Assembly (NCBI GenBank): GCA_951406725.2
Contig: OX597814.1
Location: 46,190,001 to 46,254,000 of the forward strand
Direction of reading: 5' to 3'
Length of the DNA: 64,000 nucleotides
DNA from: Octopus vulgaris
Taxonomy: Eukaryota
Each line of letters opens with the position of its first letter. The stretch's first letter is position 1. Positions 42,227 through 57,860 of this stretch are shown in pieces. Below the pieces are notes generated by a model, which searched no databases, was not told the origin of the DNA, and saw only the letters and a program-made list of their open reading frames with translations. The translations under genes and the position numbers were made by a program.

Positions 42227-42277
42227 CCCTTGTCACTATTAGTGATGGTGAATTATTATCACGTTGGTTATATACCA

Positions 42278-42324
<47 letters not shown>

Positions 42325-42845
42325 TGTATATATAGATGCACATATATATATATATATACACATAAATATACATATAGATACATATACATATACATACATT
42401 ACATATATATATACATATATATATACATGTATACATAAATATATGCTTTCCTGGTTTCCATGGTTTTAATTGCCTTATCGACCATACTGCTGTTCTCTAG
42501 GATAGTTGGTCCCTCTGTTGGGTATACATGAGGGAGACTTTCTTTGTCCCATTCATTTTCTATATTCAACAGTTTCGCAAGTAAATTTTCCATTCCTGTT
42601 TCTTGTTTACATCACTAAGTGCAAGCATACAATGGTATCCATACACATACACTTCTCTCCAACTATATTTCGATTTTCACTGACACACTACACAGTCTAG
42701 CAATCTAGAATATATAGATGTATAAGTATATATGTATCTATGTGTGTATATATATATGTATATATGTATGTATATATGTTTATATATATATATATATATA
42801 CATATATATGTGCATATATGTGTGTGTATATATGTATGTATATAT

Positions 42846-42884
<39 letters not shown>

Positions 42885-43197
42885 TATATAAGTGTGTGTG
42901 TGTGTGTATATATCTATATATATATATATATGTATATACATATATATACATATATATGTATATACATATATATGTATATATTTATACATATATATATATA
43001 TGTATATATTTATACCTATATATATATATATATGTATATATATATGTGTGTGTAGAAATATGTCTATGTTTTTCTATATATACATATGTATATATTTATA
43101 TATGTATATATATGCATATGTATGTATATATACACACATATATATATTATATATATATGTTTATGGATAAATATATACATGCATATATATATATGTG

Positions 43198-43241
<44 letters not shown>

Positions 43242-43478
43242 TGTGTGTGTATGTACATATACACATATGTATGTGTGTATATAATTATATATATTCATAT
43301 GTATGTATATATGTATGTATGTAATTATATTCATATGTATGTATATATGTATGTATGTAATTATATATATGTATCTATATATATATGTATGTATGTGTAT
43401 ATATATATATATATATATATACATATACATATGTGTGTATATATATATACATATAGATATCTATATATACACATATAC

Positions 43479-43525
<47 letters not shown>

Positions 43526-43584
43526 CACACACATACATACATAAGTATAAATACATACACACACACACACTTATATATATGCAG

Positions 43585-43794
43585 TCTTTTACTTTTTCCA
43601 GTCATTTGACTGCGACCATGCTGGAGTACCACCTTTATTCGAGCAAATCAACGTTAGAGCTTATTCTTTGTAAGTCTAGTATTTATGATATCGTTCTCTT
43701 TTGCTGAACCACTAAGTTACAGGGACGCAAACACTCCACCATCAGTTGTCAAGCAATGTTGGTGGGGGACAAGCACAGACACACAAAGACATAC

Positions 43795-43830
<36 letters not shown>

Positions 43831-43953
43831 CAGGCTTCTTTCAGTTTCCGTCTACCAAATTCACTCACAAGGCTTTGGATGGCTCGAGGCTATAATAGAA
43901 GCCACTAGCCCAAGCTGCCACACAGTGGGAATGAACCCGGAACCATGTGGTTG
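43585..43953 (-). mobile_element. SINE family A, head truncated by the adjacent insertion
   Basis: Colinear with 55583-55950. Confidence 0.85.
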
Positions 43954-43956
43954 AGA

Positions 43957-44830
43957 TGTAACTGCCCGAAAAGGTCATGACTTCTGGTACTTGACTGATG
44001 AAAGAAAGCCAAGAAAGTCCCATCTTTTTTCCTCTCCTTCTAATTGTTGTTTCTCTTGTCCACCTTTCTATTGTCTATCTGTCCAAACGTTTTAATGCCC
44101 TCTTATTGCATTTTCGTCCCATTTTCATATTTATTTACACATATAGCAGCGTACATACACACTTGTGCTCACCTAATTGTAGATATGTATCTAAATGTTG
44201 TACGATTCTTACTCTATTTTTTATTCCCCCTCTCATTTTTCTTGCCTTTTCTCACCCTCCCTCTTGGGCCACTCTTTAACTGCCACTATTTCCCACTCAT
44301 TTGTCTCCTCTGTACCTTTTTCTTCATCTCTGTTGTTTTTTCTAATCCTTCAATCCCGCTGTCCCCAACTCATCTCTCTTCCTTCCACAGCCATGATCTT
44401 TCTTTGCTGGCCTGTCTGCCAACCGCCAACACCTCTTGTGGCCATCTCCCATGTTCCCGCCTTTAGGCTTTCACTTCATACATGCCAGCTCAATGTGATT
44501 TGTTTTAAGTCGAAAGACATCTGTTGTTATTTCTCGTTATTTGTAATTGTTTGTTTGTTTATTGTCTTTGTTGCTGTCCACATTCGCTAGCTTTCTTATA
44601 AAGGGGTCTAATGCTCTTAGCTTAGACTTTTTTGAGGGCAACCAGATCGAACCATCTCAAGTGCAACTGCCCAAAATGGTTGTAACTTCTGGGCCTTGAC
44701 TGATGAAAGAGAGCCAAGAATGAACCATCTTTTTTTGCCTATCCTTCTAATTGTTGTTTCTCTTGTCCGCCTATGTATCTTCTATCTGTCTGAATGTTTT
44801 AATGCCCTCTATTGTATTTTTGTTTCATTT
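43957..44830 (+). mobile_element. Non-autonomous Penelope-like element with ~170-bp direct terminal repeats (pLTR-like)
   Basis: 43957-44125 repeated at 44662-44830, both containing ctgatgaaag. The internal part resembles a GIY-YIG C-terminus (HSHDLSL..FRL..QLNV). Confidence 0.6.
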
Positions 44831-44897
44831 ATACATGTGTGTGTGTTTATGTGTACATATATATATGTATTTATATATATATATATATATGTATATG

Positions 44898-45629
44898 CAG
44901 GGGTTGGACAAAATATGGAAACACCTTAAAATTTCAAATGAATTTATTTTGATATAGCATAGGACCACCTTTGGTAGTAATTACAACTTGAATTCTACAA
45001 GGTATGGACTCATACAAAGTTAAATTGTTTCCAAAGGGACTTTTGTCCATTCTTCAGCTGAAACAGTCTCCAGTTCCTGTAGTGATAATGGTGGAGGATA
45101 TGGACTCCTTATTTGTTTTTCTAAAATGCACCATAATTGTTCCATAATATTCAGATCTGGGGACTGTGGTGGGTACATAAGATGTTCAACTTCACCAGAA
45201 TGTTCCTTGTGCCATTCAGTAACAACTTTAGCTGTGTGAATTGGTGCATTATCATCCTGAAAGATTGTGTTTCTCTCTGGAAACAGTTCTGCAACCACAG
45301 GATGAATTTGATCAGATAAAATACTTAAATAGTCTTGACTATTAATTCTGCCAGGAAGGGAAACCATTGGGCTGGCGGATGTCCAGATCATCACTGATCC
45401 TCCTCCATGTTTAACAATTGGAAGAAGGCAGTCTGGGTCAAATGCTTCTTTTGACTGTCTCCACACATATACTTGGCCGGTGGCCAGAAATTAGGTACAG
45501 GATGACTCATCTGAGAAAATAACATTCTTCCACTGTTTTAGGGACCAATTCTGTAGGTTTTTACTTCACTCTAAATGCTTTGCAACATTTGTATTTCAAA
45601 GTAGTGGTTTACTGATTGCAATCCTCCCG

Positions 45630-45630
<1 letters not shown>
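44898..45630 (-). mobile_element. Truncated Tc1 DD36E (Incomer-like) transposon, 3' half
   Basis: TIR caggggttggacaaaat; ORF 45020-45466 KHGGGSVMIW..FQDDNAPIH..SPDLNIME. Same family as 53505-54736. Confidence 0.9.
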
Positions 45631-45712
<82 letters not shown>

Positions 45713-47149
45713 TATAATTATAAACATAAATGTAAACATTCTTCTTCTATGTATTTTATGATAACATGTTTGACGTTGATATATTCTTAAATAATTATTA
45801 ATTGTTTAAAGTATATCCTTCGTAATGTATTTTTACATTACTTTTTAATTATAACTATATATCTTATAGATAGATAGCTAGATAAACATACATGTTTACA
45901 CACACACATCTATTATATTATATATTTATATTGCGTATCACTTAAAGTGGATGAAACTAATGGAAGAGAGGGACTTTGGAAAGTTGTTGCTTTTGTGTGA
46001 ATGTAGTGGTCAGGTTGTTGAGCTCATGATCATTAGGTCATTAGTTCAATTCAAATCATATTGTGTCTTCGAACAAAACACTTCACTGCACATTGCACCA
46101 GCCCACTCAGCTGAAAGTGTGTATCAAATCCTGTGACAGACTGACATCTTGTACTCTAAATCTATACATCTTGAAAAATTTGAATAAGCTGGCTTCATGA
46201 GCCTGTAGGCTTGAGAGAAGCTTTTTACCTGGTTTTCTGTTACTGTTGTTACTGTTATTATGAATATTATTATCACCACCACCACCACAATTACTACTAC
46301 TGCTGCTGCTGCTGCTATTTACCTTGATTTGATTTAATCTATTTTCAACTTTCGCTTCCTTAAATTTCTCTTTCTTAATCTTGAACAATTTTAGTTGTAG
46401 CTTTTTATTTACTGGTTTACTATTACTAATAGACCAGTACTATAGTGTGATACTAATTCATTATTCCAATTCAATTTGAACTTCACCTCTAAATTACTGT
46501 TTCCTGCTACCTATAATTCTAAGCCTTAGTACCTCTTGAAATTTTTTACTCAACCATATTACTTCAATTCCATTGCCTTTTCTTTTTCTTTCTCAACTTC
46601 ATAGCATGAATCAGCAGTCATCCATGTTCAAATGACATGGTTACTCCATGAGAAAAAGTTAAGCAAAAAAAAAAAAACAAGAAAATATGTTGAGAAATAT
46701 TTCAAGACAAAGGAGATAGATGTTATGTCCTTTTAACCCAACATTGATATGTCTAGTGTTTGCTTGAAAAAACAGAAAACTATGCCTTGTGGGAGTATTT
46801 GAATGGGAGGAAGGCGAAAAGTATGCTAATCATCGTCATTTAATGTTCGTCCTGCCATGCTTGGGCAGGTCTTTTGCATTACATGTTGCCAATCAACACA
46901 ACCTTTTATCATTTCATCTACTGGGTGCAACAATGCAGCAACTTTGTATCTATTTTCGTCACTTTGCCCCAAATCTTCTTCAATTTCCTTTCACAAGTAC
47001 CATTCCCTTGTGAGTGCATGGCACTTCCTTATACATCTGTCCTTCATACATATCATGTATCTGTGCTAACACAGTCTTCTCTTTTGCATACTACTGATTG
47101 CACTTCTGGTTCAATCAGTAAGGTGTACAAGTCCTACAAATCATTTAGC

Positions 47150-47470
47150 TGCTCTCAGCTTCCTCATCACAAAGAAGGGAACCCCATCGAAGGCTTTCAC
47201 TAGATCAAAAAACATCAGATATAGGGGATTATTTTTGGTTAGATATTCTCCAGCAGCTTGGAAGACAGCATTAGTAGTACTTTTTCATGGTGCAAAACCA
47301 AACTGCATCATATCTATGATAATTTTCTTCCTATGCAAGTGCACTGTACCTTTTTCTATTACCTTCATAAGCTGGTCCAACAGGTTAATGCCTCTTTAGT
47401 TTTTCCTCACTAATACATCTCTCTTGTCCTTAACAGTGATAATGCTATGTCTCTTATTGAATACAATACC
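47150..47470 (-). mobile_element. RTE LINE RT fragment (degraded)
   Basis: Similar to 56400-56750 (LLDQLMKVIE..MQFGF). Confidence 0.55.
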
Positions 47471-47508
47471 CTCTGTGTGTGTGTGTTTGCATGTGTGAAT
47501 ATATGTGT

Positions 47509-47542
<34 letters not shown>

Positions 47543-48404
47543 AGGAGAGAGATACATGTGTCTATGCTTGTGTTTTTTTTACTTTTGCTGTATTTATGTT
47601 GAATCCTTTTGTCTTGTAACAGAGCATTTCAACCAACAGATATGAATAAATTAAGTACCAGACTAAAATGAGTACTGAGATTGATATGCTTGACTGAACT
47701 CTTAAAGATGGTACCCCTGCATGGACATGTTCCAATAACTGAAACTAGTAAAAGTGTAAAAGATTATCATTATTGTCATCATCATAGCTTTCCTCATGCA
47801 AACACCATAGAGGTTGTCATGTTTCATAGCAAGATTAAAATGCTATCAGTGTTTATTCATCAATCACTTTATAGATTGTATTAGATGCATTTTATCATAG
47901 TATCTGGTCTAGAGAAGTTGACTTGTGTCTTGCAAAACTATAAAGTCCTTATTATTCAACAACAATGTTCTCTTTCATTCAAGGTAGATATGATCAAGAT
48001 GGTGAAGAGAAGAGAGAGTATGAATATAATTGTGATAAGTGAGACAGCAGAGCAAGAGCAACGTGGGTCAAGAGGGAGTACTTAAACAGTGAAAATGATA
48101 AGCAGCTAAATATATGGGGAAAACACAATGTTGAAAGGTGTAGTAATGTTGTGGGGTGAAATAGGTTGATGAAAGGAGAAGCAATAGAACTGGATGAAAA
48201 TGATGTACGTCAACAGGAGTAAAACAATCCATTTCAACAAAGAATGAGAAAAGAAAAAGTAATGTGTGTATGAGAGATTGCATTAGTAAGAGTTGATGAA
48301 TAACAATAAATATGGACAAGGATAAGAGAGAATAAGTGATGAATAGTAACAGACAAATGTGATGAAGAGCAGTGGATGTCAGTGAAGGATGTGTGAGAAA
48401 ATAA

Positions 48405-48724
48405 TCTTTTCTACTCTAGGTACAAGGCCTGAAATTTTGGGGGAGGGGGCCAGTCAATTAGATCGACCCCAGTACGCAACTGGCGCTTAATTTATTGACT
48501 CTGAAAGGATGAAAGGCAAAGTTGACTTTTGGTGGAATTAGAACTCCGAACATAAAGACAGACAAAATACTGCTAAGCATTTCGCCTGGTGTGCTAACGT
48601 TTCTTATTTCTTTATTGCCCACAAGGGGCTAAACATAGAAGGGATAAACAAGGACAGACAAAGGGATTAAGTCAATTACATCGACCCTAGTGCGTAACTG
48701 GTACTTAATTCGTCGACCCCGAAA
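48405..48724 (-). mobile_element. Two tandem partial copies of a SINE-like repeat (family C)
   Basis: agtcaatta.atcgaccc.agt.cg.aactgg..cttaatt duplicated at ~48452 and ~48670. Confidence 0.6.
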
Positions 48725-51524
<2,800 letters not shown>

Positions 51525-52472
51525 TGTGTGGGTGTGAATCAAACAGAGACTGAGTATATTGTTTGTAGCTAGTAATTCTGTTTTGAAGTTTTCTAACATA
51601 TTATTTGTGTAAATATATATAAGAAATGGAAATTCCTTTCTGAAGATCCATTCTACAGATGACTTCAGGAAGCTTCAATAAGACATCAAGTGACAATTTA
51701 AATTATATATATTCATCATCATCGTTTTGCATCTGCTTTTCTATTATCATGGATGAAGTCGGGACTTATTTGAAATTACTGTCCTCCTAGATGGAGTAAA
51801 AACCAAATCTTAATACCAGCTTTAGAGATAGAAGCTTCTCATCCCTTGTTAGGACTAAAGAGTTCTTTCTACTGTATCTTTGTTCATTTGTTGCATTTTA
51901 GTTAAATACGAGCATTGAAAGTAGAGAATGTGTGAAAGTTGAAAAGACATGACAAGCCTGCTCCACTGGATGAGTAATGTTGAGATTACATGAACAACTG
52001 AGAGAAAATCTGGGTATAAGAGAAATTGAGCGTAGTGTGTAAGAAAGAAAACTTAGATGCTATAGACTTTAGTGTATATGTGGGATAATACATTGGTAAA
52101 GCAATGTCAAGAGGTCCAGGCTGAAGTAAACTCCTGGAGAGGGAAGGTTATGTAGCAAGATTTTGTACTGAAGAAGATGCATTTGTACGTCTTCAGCCAG
52201 GCATGACAAAATGGATGTAAAGTGTTAATTACAGAGAGTGAATATATAGTTGTCTATTAGTATTATATGTATATTTATATGGATTTTGTGTGTGTGTATG
52301 TGTGTAAAAAAAGTTGCAGTTTTTAAAGCAGTTAACCATAAATATTCTCTTTTTTAATTTTCAATAAAATGTTCCTAATCATCAAGGAACAGTCCTTCAT
52401 AACAGTACACAACTTGCTTTGTGTGATAGAAAGGAAAAAAATATCAGGCTCATTTTGTTTGCATTTTGGCAA

Positions 52473-52618
52473 AAGTTTTAATAGGAATGCTCCTCCAATT
52501 TTCCTTGGGTGAAACTTTTAGATTGACTGAATGTCAGACATGTGTGAGTGCATGTGACATTCAGTAGATGCAAAAGTTTTACCCAAGGAATATTGGTCGA
52601 ACATTCCTATTAAAACTT
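52473..52618. repeat. Imperfect palindrome/hairpin, ~70-bp arms
   Basis: aagttttaataggaatg..actgaatgtca / tgacattcagt..cattcctattaaaactt. Confidence 0.85.
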
Positions 52619-53504
52619 ATATTATATCATCATCGTATTCATCATCATCATCATCATATGTCTGCCTTTGAGTCTAGCATGGGTTGGATGGTTCAACAGA
52701 ATCTAACAAACTAGAGGACTGTGTCAAGCTCTGATGTCTGCTTTGGCATAGTTTCTATGGCTGGATGTCATTTCAAACGCTAATCACTTTACAGGCTGTA
52801 CTGACACTAGTGAAGTCACTCAGTAACTCACAAGATGACCCTCTCAACTGAGTGAGAGTAACGTATTAAGGGAGATGGTTTTGTGCCAGATGTTGAGAGG
52901 TTAAAATATAATAGGGGGATAGGAATAGGTATCTTGGCGTAGAGAGGATACATGACTGTACCAGTTGGGAATAGAGGTAAAAATGGTGGTGATGAGGCAT
53001 CAGGTCATACCCTTAATATACAAGAAGGTGAATATAAGGGAAAATATGAATAGAGGCTTGGAAAGGGTCGGTAAGCTTGCAAGAGTGTGAAAGAAGAGTG
53101 ACAGGTGGTTGGAGATGTAGAAGAGGAGAATACAGTAAATAATAAACATGGGTGATCAATTTTGAATATCAGTTTGGGTGTGAGGAAGGTAAAGGAAATA
53201 CGAGAGTGTCAGGGAGGAGGAGGCAGTAAATAGTAGTAGAAAAAAAGGGTTGGCTGCAGTAATATAATAAAACCTAGATGAGAAATAGGAAGATATGTAA
53301 AGTGTGATAGGAGTAGATATAGTGAGTAATGAACAAAGATGAGAAGGGATATAGTTGGCAAATATGAGTGGGTGTTCACAGGAAAGGTTTGTTCAATGGA
53401 CAAAAAAACTATAAGTGATGATACTGCAAATGTGGGATGAATAACAGAAGGAAATGGTTCCAAGGAAAAAGAGATAAATGGTAGCATAAAAAGAGGATAA
53501 AATA

Positions 53505-54736
53505 CAGGGGTTGGACAAAATAATGGAAACACCTTAAAATTTAAAACAAATTTATTTTAATATAGCATAGGACCACCTTTGGTAGTAATTACAGCTTGCA
53601 TTCTATGAGGTATGGACTCATACAAAGTTTGAATTATTTCCAAAGGAATTTTCGACCATTCTTCAGCTAAAACAGTCTCTAGTTCTTGTGGTGATTATGG
53701 TGGAGGATATGAACTCCTTACTTGTTTTTTTAAAGTGCACCATAAATGTTCAATAATATTCAAATCTGGAGACTTTAGTGGCTAGATAAGATGTTCAACT
53801 TCACTAGAAAGTTTCTCGTGCCATTCAGTAACAACTTTAGCTGTGTGAATTGGTGCATTATCATCCTGAAAGATTGCGTTTCCCTCCAGAAACAGTTCCG
53901 CAACCATAGGATGAATTTGATCAGATAAAATGCTTAAATAGTCTTGACTATTAATTCTGCCAGGAAGGGAAACCATTGGGCCAGTGGATTTCCAAGATAT
54001 AATCCCCCCACCCCCACCCCAGATCATCACAGATCCTCCTCCATGTTTAACAATTGGAAGAAGGCAGTCTGGGTCAAATGCTTCTTTTGGCTGTCTCCAC
54101 ATGTTTACTTGACCAGTGGTTGGAAATAAGGTAAAGGATGACTTGTCCAAGAAAATAACATTCTTCCACTGCTCTAGGGACCAATTCTGTAGGTTTTTGA
54201 AAGTAGTGGTTTTCTGATTGCAATCCTCCCGTGAAATCCGACTTTGTGCATTTCCTGGTGAACAGTTTTTGTGGGAACTGGGTTCTCAAGGTGCTCATAT
54301 TAAGCTCTGCAGTAATTTTGGGAGCTATACTTTTGTGATCTTTTCTAACAATTTGCATAAGAGTCTGAATGTTTTGGTTTTCTTCCTGAGTTTTTGTTTC
54401 AACGAACTGGTTTTTCCCTCTTTCTCAAAGACTATCATTACTTTCAAGACAGTACTTTTTGATACACCAAACATTTTGGCTGTCTTCATTATGCTAGCTC
54501 CTACCATACGAGCACCAACAATTTGACCTCTTTGAAAGTCCAATAGATCTGTCATTTTAATTAATTCCCCTTTTCTGATGATATCTGAAAAGAAACAGCA
54601 ATTTTAGCAAAACATATTAAGCAACACTAATGATAAATCAAAAAACAAAAATTAACAAGCTTTTGATGGTTTTCTAGATATTTCAAAATTATGATACTAT
54701 GATGATATGTGTTTCCATTATTTTGTCCAATCCCTG
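53505..54736 (-). mobile_element. Full-length inactivated Tc1 DD36E (Incomer-like) transposon, 1232 bp
   Basis: TIRs caggggttggacaaaataatggaaacac / gtgtttccattattttgtccaatccctg with TA TSD. Transposase starts at 54555 (MTDLLDFQRGQIVGAR..) and has frameshifts and a stop. Confidence 0.93.
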
Positions 54737-55004
54737 TATATGCAGTTCTGTTCCCATAAAATGACAGCAGCTGAGTAAAGTGCTATAGTTAGTAGAGTGA
54801 TGGAAGGATGGTTATTAAGAAAATGAGCTGTGAGCAAGGCTTGATAGGGGCAGGTTGGATACAGGAACACACACACATAAAAGATGTGCTTTTAGGATCT
54901 CATTATTTGCTGATATGGATGGGTTGTCTTGAGCACAGTGAATCTTCAATCATTTTGGTCCTTTGTCATCCCTTTTGTGAAACTCAGCATCCTAGTTTGG
55001 TCTT

Positions 55005-55062
55005 CGTTATTTCATCCTACATTGTTATTTCATCCTACATTTGTTATTTCATCCTACATTTT
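55005..55062. repeat. 18-19-bp tandem repeat x3 (gttatttcatcctacatt)
   Basis: Direct inspection. Confidence 0.8.
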
Positions 55063-55582
55063 CCTGTGTCTCTTTCTTCCACTGGTTCCATCCACATTTA
55101 ATGATCAGCACTTCTCTAATCCATATACATCACATGATCATACCAGCACAATTTTCTGTCTTGCACACTGTATTTCTTCCTCTTATGCCTAATTTTTCCC
55201 TCAACATATTTGCACTTAGTTGCACATGCACACTGACATCGCGCATCCAGCAGAGCATGTTAGCTTCATTTCTTTCTGGGTTTCACTTGTCCTCTCATTC
55301 ACAGCCCACATTTCCCTATCATTCATACACAGTCATAATACACTCTGACTTTTAGAGATAGGTTTTTGTTACCAACAGTGGTAATAGCTCTCTGAACTTT
55401 CATCTAGTTCTTATTCTTACACCTATACTTTCAGAACATGTTCTTCCACTGCTAATTTGGTTACCTATTTAATTGAAACAGTCTACTATCTTCAAGAGTC
55501 CTCCTGGGCATTTAAGAAAATCTATTCCTATGTGTTCTTACTGTTTATTGCTCCTGTGCATCTGCCACAAAACCTACATTCT

Positions 55583-55990
55583 CTCTTTTACTCTTTTACT
55601 TGTTTCAGTCATTTGACTGTGGCCATGCTGGAGCACCACCTTTACTCGAGCAAATCGACTCCAGGACTTATTCTTTAGAAGCCTAGTACTTATTCTATTG
55701 GTCTCTTTTGCCAAACCGCTAAGTTACGGAGCCGTAAACACACCGCCATCAGTTGCCAAGCGATGTTGGGGGGACAAACACAGACACACAAACACACACA
55801 CACATACATATATATATACATATATACGATGGGCTTCTTTCGGTTTCCATCTACCAAATCCACTCACAAGGCTTTGGTCGGCCCGAGGCTATAGTAGAAG
55901 ACACTTGCCCAAGGTGCCACACAGTAGGAATGAACCCGGAACCATGTGGTTGGTAAGCAAGCCACTTACCACCCAGCCACTCCTGCGCCT
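55583..55990 (-). mobile_element. SINE family A, full-length young copy
   Basis: Reverse complement of 1894-2318, with CpGs retained. Confidence 0.9.
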
Positions 55991-56099
55991 GTTAACTTTC
56001 CTTTGATTCTACTGCACCTCTTATGTGTCCTTAGTTTGTATTGGGTATACTATATAAAATTTCTACCTACACTTTTTTTATATATTGAACAGGGCCATT

Positions 56100-57860
56100 T
56101 TCCTGAAAGGACTAGCATCCTATCTGTTTTCCTGCTAAGTAGAACTTTGGTCTTTGCTAATTTAACTCTGATTCTAGGTTTTGTTTCTACACCAGGAATC
56201 TCTTCTCTAATTCTACTTCAGATTCAGCTACAAGAACAAAGCCCTGAGCATAGAGGAGTTGCTGCAAGTCACCAGTCTTAAACTCCTCTGCTATGGCATG
56301 CTGGACTATGATAAATAGGAGAGAACCAAGAACTAATCTTTAGTGAACTCCTACATTTATACTAAATTTGATGCTTACACATTACTCAACTTATGGCATG
56401 TATGGCTCTTACCAGCCTCTTGTTTACTCCTGGTTTCTGCTGTGACCACCAGATCGGGGAATGAGGATCCTGTCAAGAAGCTTTCTCCAGGTTGATGAAT
56501 GCCAAATACAGTGGTTTGCTCTAGGTAGTTGCCTTACTAGTAAGTGGACATCAGTAACACTTCTCCCTGGCACACAACCAAACTGCATCTCATCAAAGCT
56601 AACACTCTTCCTAATTATTTGAGCTATAACTCTTTGTATAATTTTTATTAGCTGGTCCAGCAGTTGATTTCTCCCTTACCCTTGTATCAATTGACTATAA
56701 TGCTGCTACACCAGCGATTTTGGTACAATATCTTTCTTAACAACCTGATGAACTATATGAGTACCTAGGCTGTATTCTGCTCCACCATATATTTTAAACA
56801 TTTCAGTGGTAATTCCTAATGGACCAGGAACTTTACCTCTCTTCATATCCTTAATTGCTTTATCTATTATATTGCTGTTGACTAGAATGGTTGGTCCTTC
56901 TGTCAGGCTCACATCAGGAAGACTCTCTCTCATGCATTCTCCACGTTTAGTTGCCTTTTGTAGTGGTATATCCATGCCTCTTTCTTTTCAGCTTCACAAT
57001 GTGCATGTGTGTCATTATCCAACTATATACACAATATCTTATCCACAATATCTCAAGTTTCTCTAATACACTGTCTTGCACCCTGCAATAGAAAACCTCA
57101 TGCACCTAATCCTTATGTTGCAGAGCTTTGGAAACCTCTTCCTTTCTGCTTCTTCCCTTGCTAGATATACCTGTCATTTAACTTCCCTTCTAGCTACCTG
57201 ATATAATTCTCTGTTACCCACGTTGTTCCAGTCTTTCCAAGTCTATCTCTTCACTTTTATGACTCTGTCTACCTCATTATTCCACTGTCACATTGCCCTC
57301 ATTCTGGCTGGAACTTTGTACCAACTCCAGATTTAGTCTGTAGCCTTCAATAGAATTACTTTTAAGAACTCTCAATTCTCTTTTGTGCTATACATCTGTC
57401 TATCTCCTCTTTCTTTTAGTCAAATGCCCCTGCTAGTTCTCTGAATTTTTGACTGTTCAATGGATCTTTAAGTTTCCGCATCTTCCTTTTCCAAACTTGT
57501 TTGTGTCCCTTAGTCCTAGCCCTAAGTATGAAATCACTAGACACTTACCTATGTTTGATTGTATTCTTCATTGGGGAAGGACTTCACATTTACAAGCATC
57601 TGCCTATCGATGTTTTTGCTAAGAATGTCAATCTGGCTTGTGTGCTCACCAGATCACTAGATGATCAGGTGGATGGGTGGTTTCCTGAAGTTAGTGTTGT
57701 AGATCATAAAGTCTCTTATATCACAGAACTTCAATAGCCTTGTATACCTCATCTCTAGAACCAAAGCCATAACTACACACCATGAAATCAATTGGAGTGC
57801 TATCTAACATGTCCATTGAAGTTACCAGCCATGATAGTAAGATCATTGTCATTCGTCATC
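56100..57860 (-). mobile_element. RTE LINE relic (APE endonuclease to RT)
   Basis: DLTIMAGNFNGHV..GFGSR near 57750-57850; ORF 56706-56975 KAIKDMKRGKVPGPLGITTEMFK; AFINLEKA near 56480. Confidence 0.7.
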
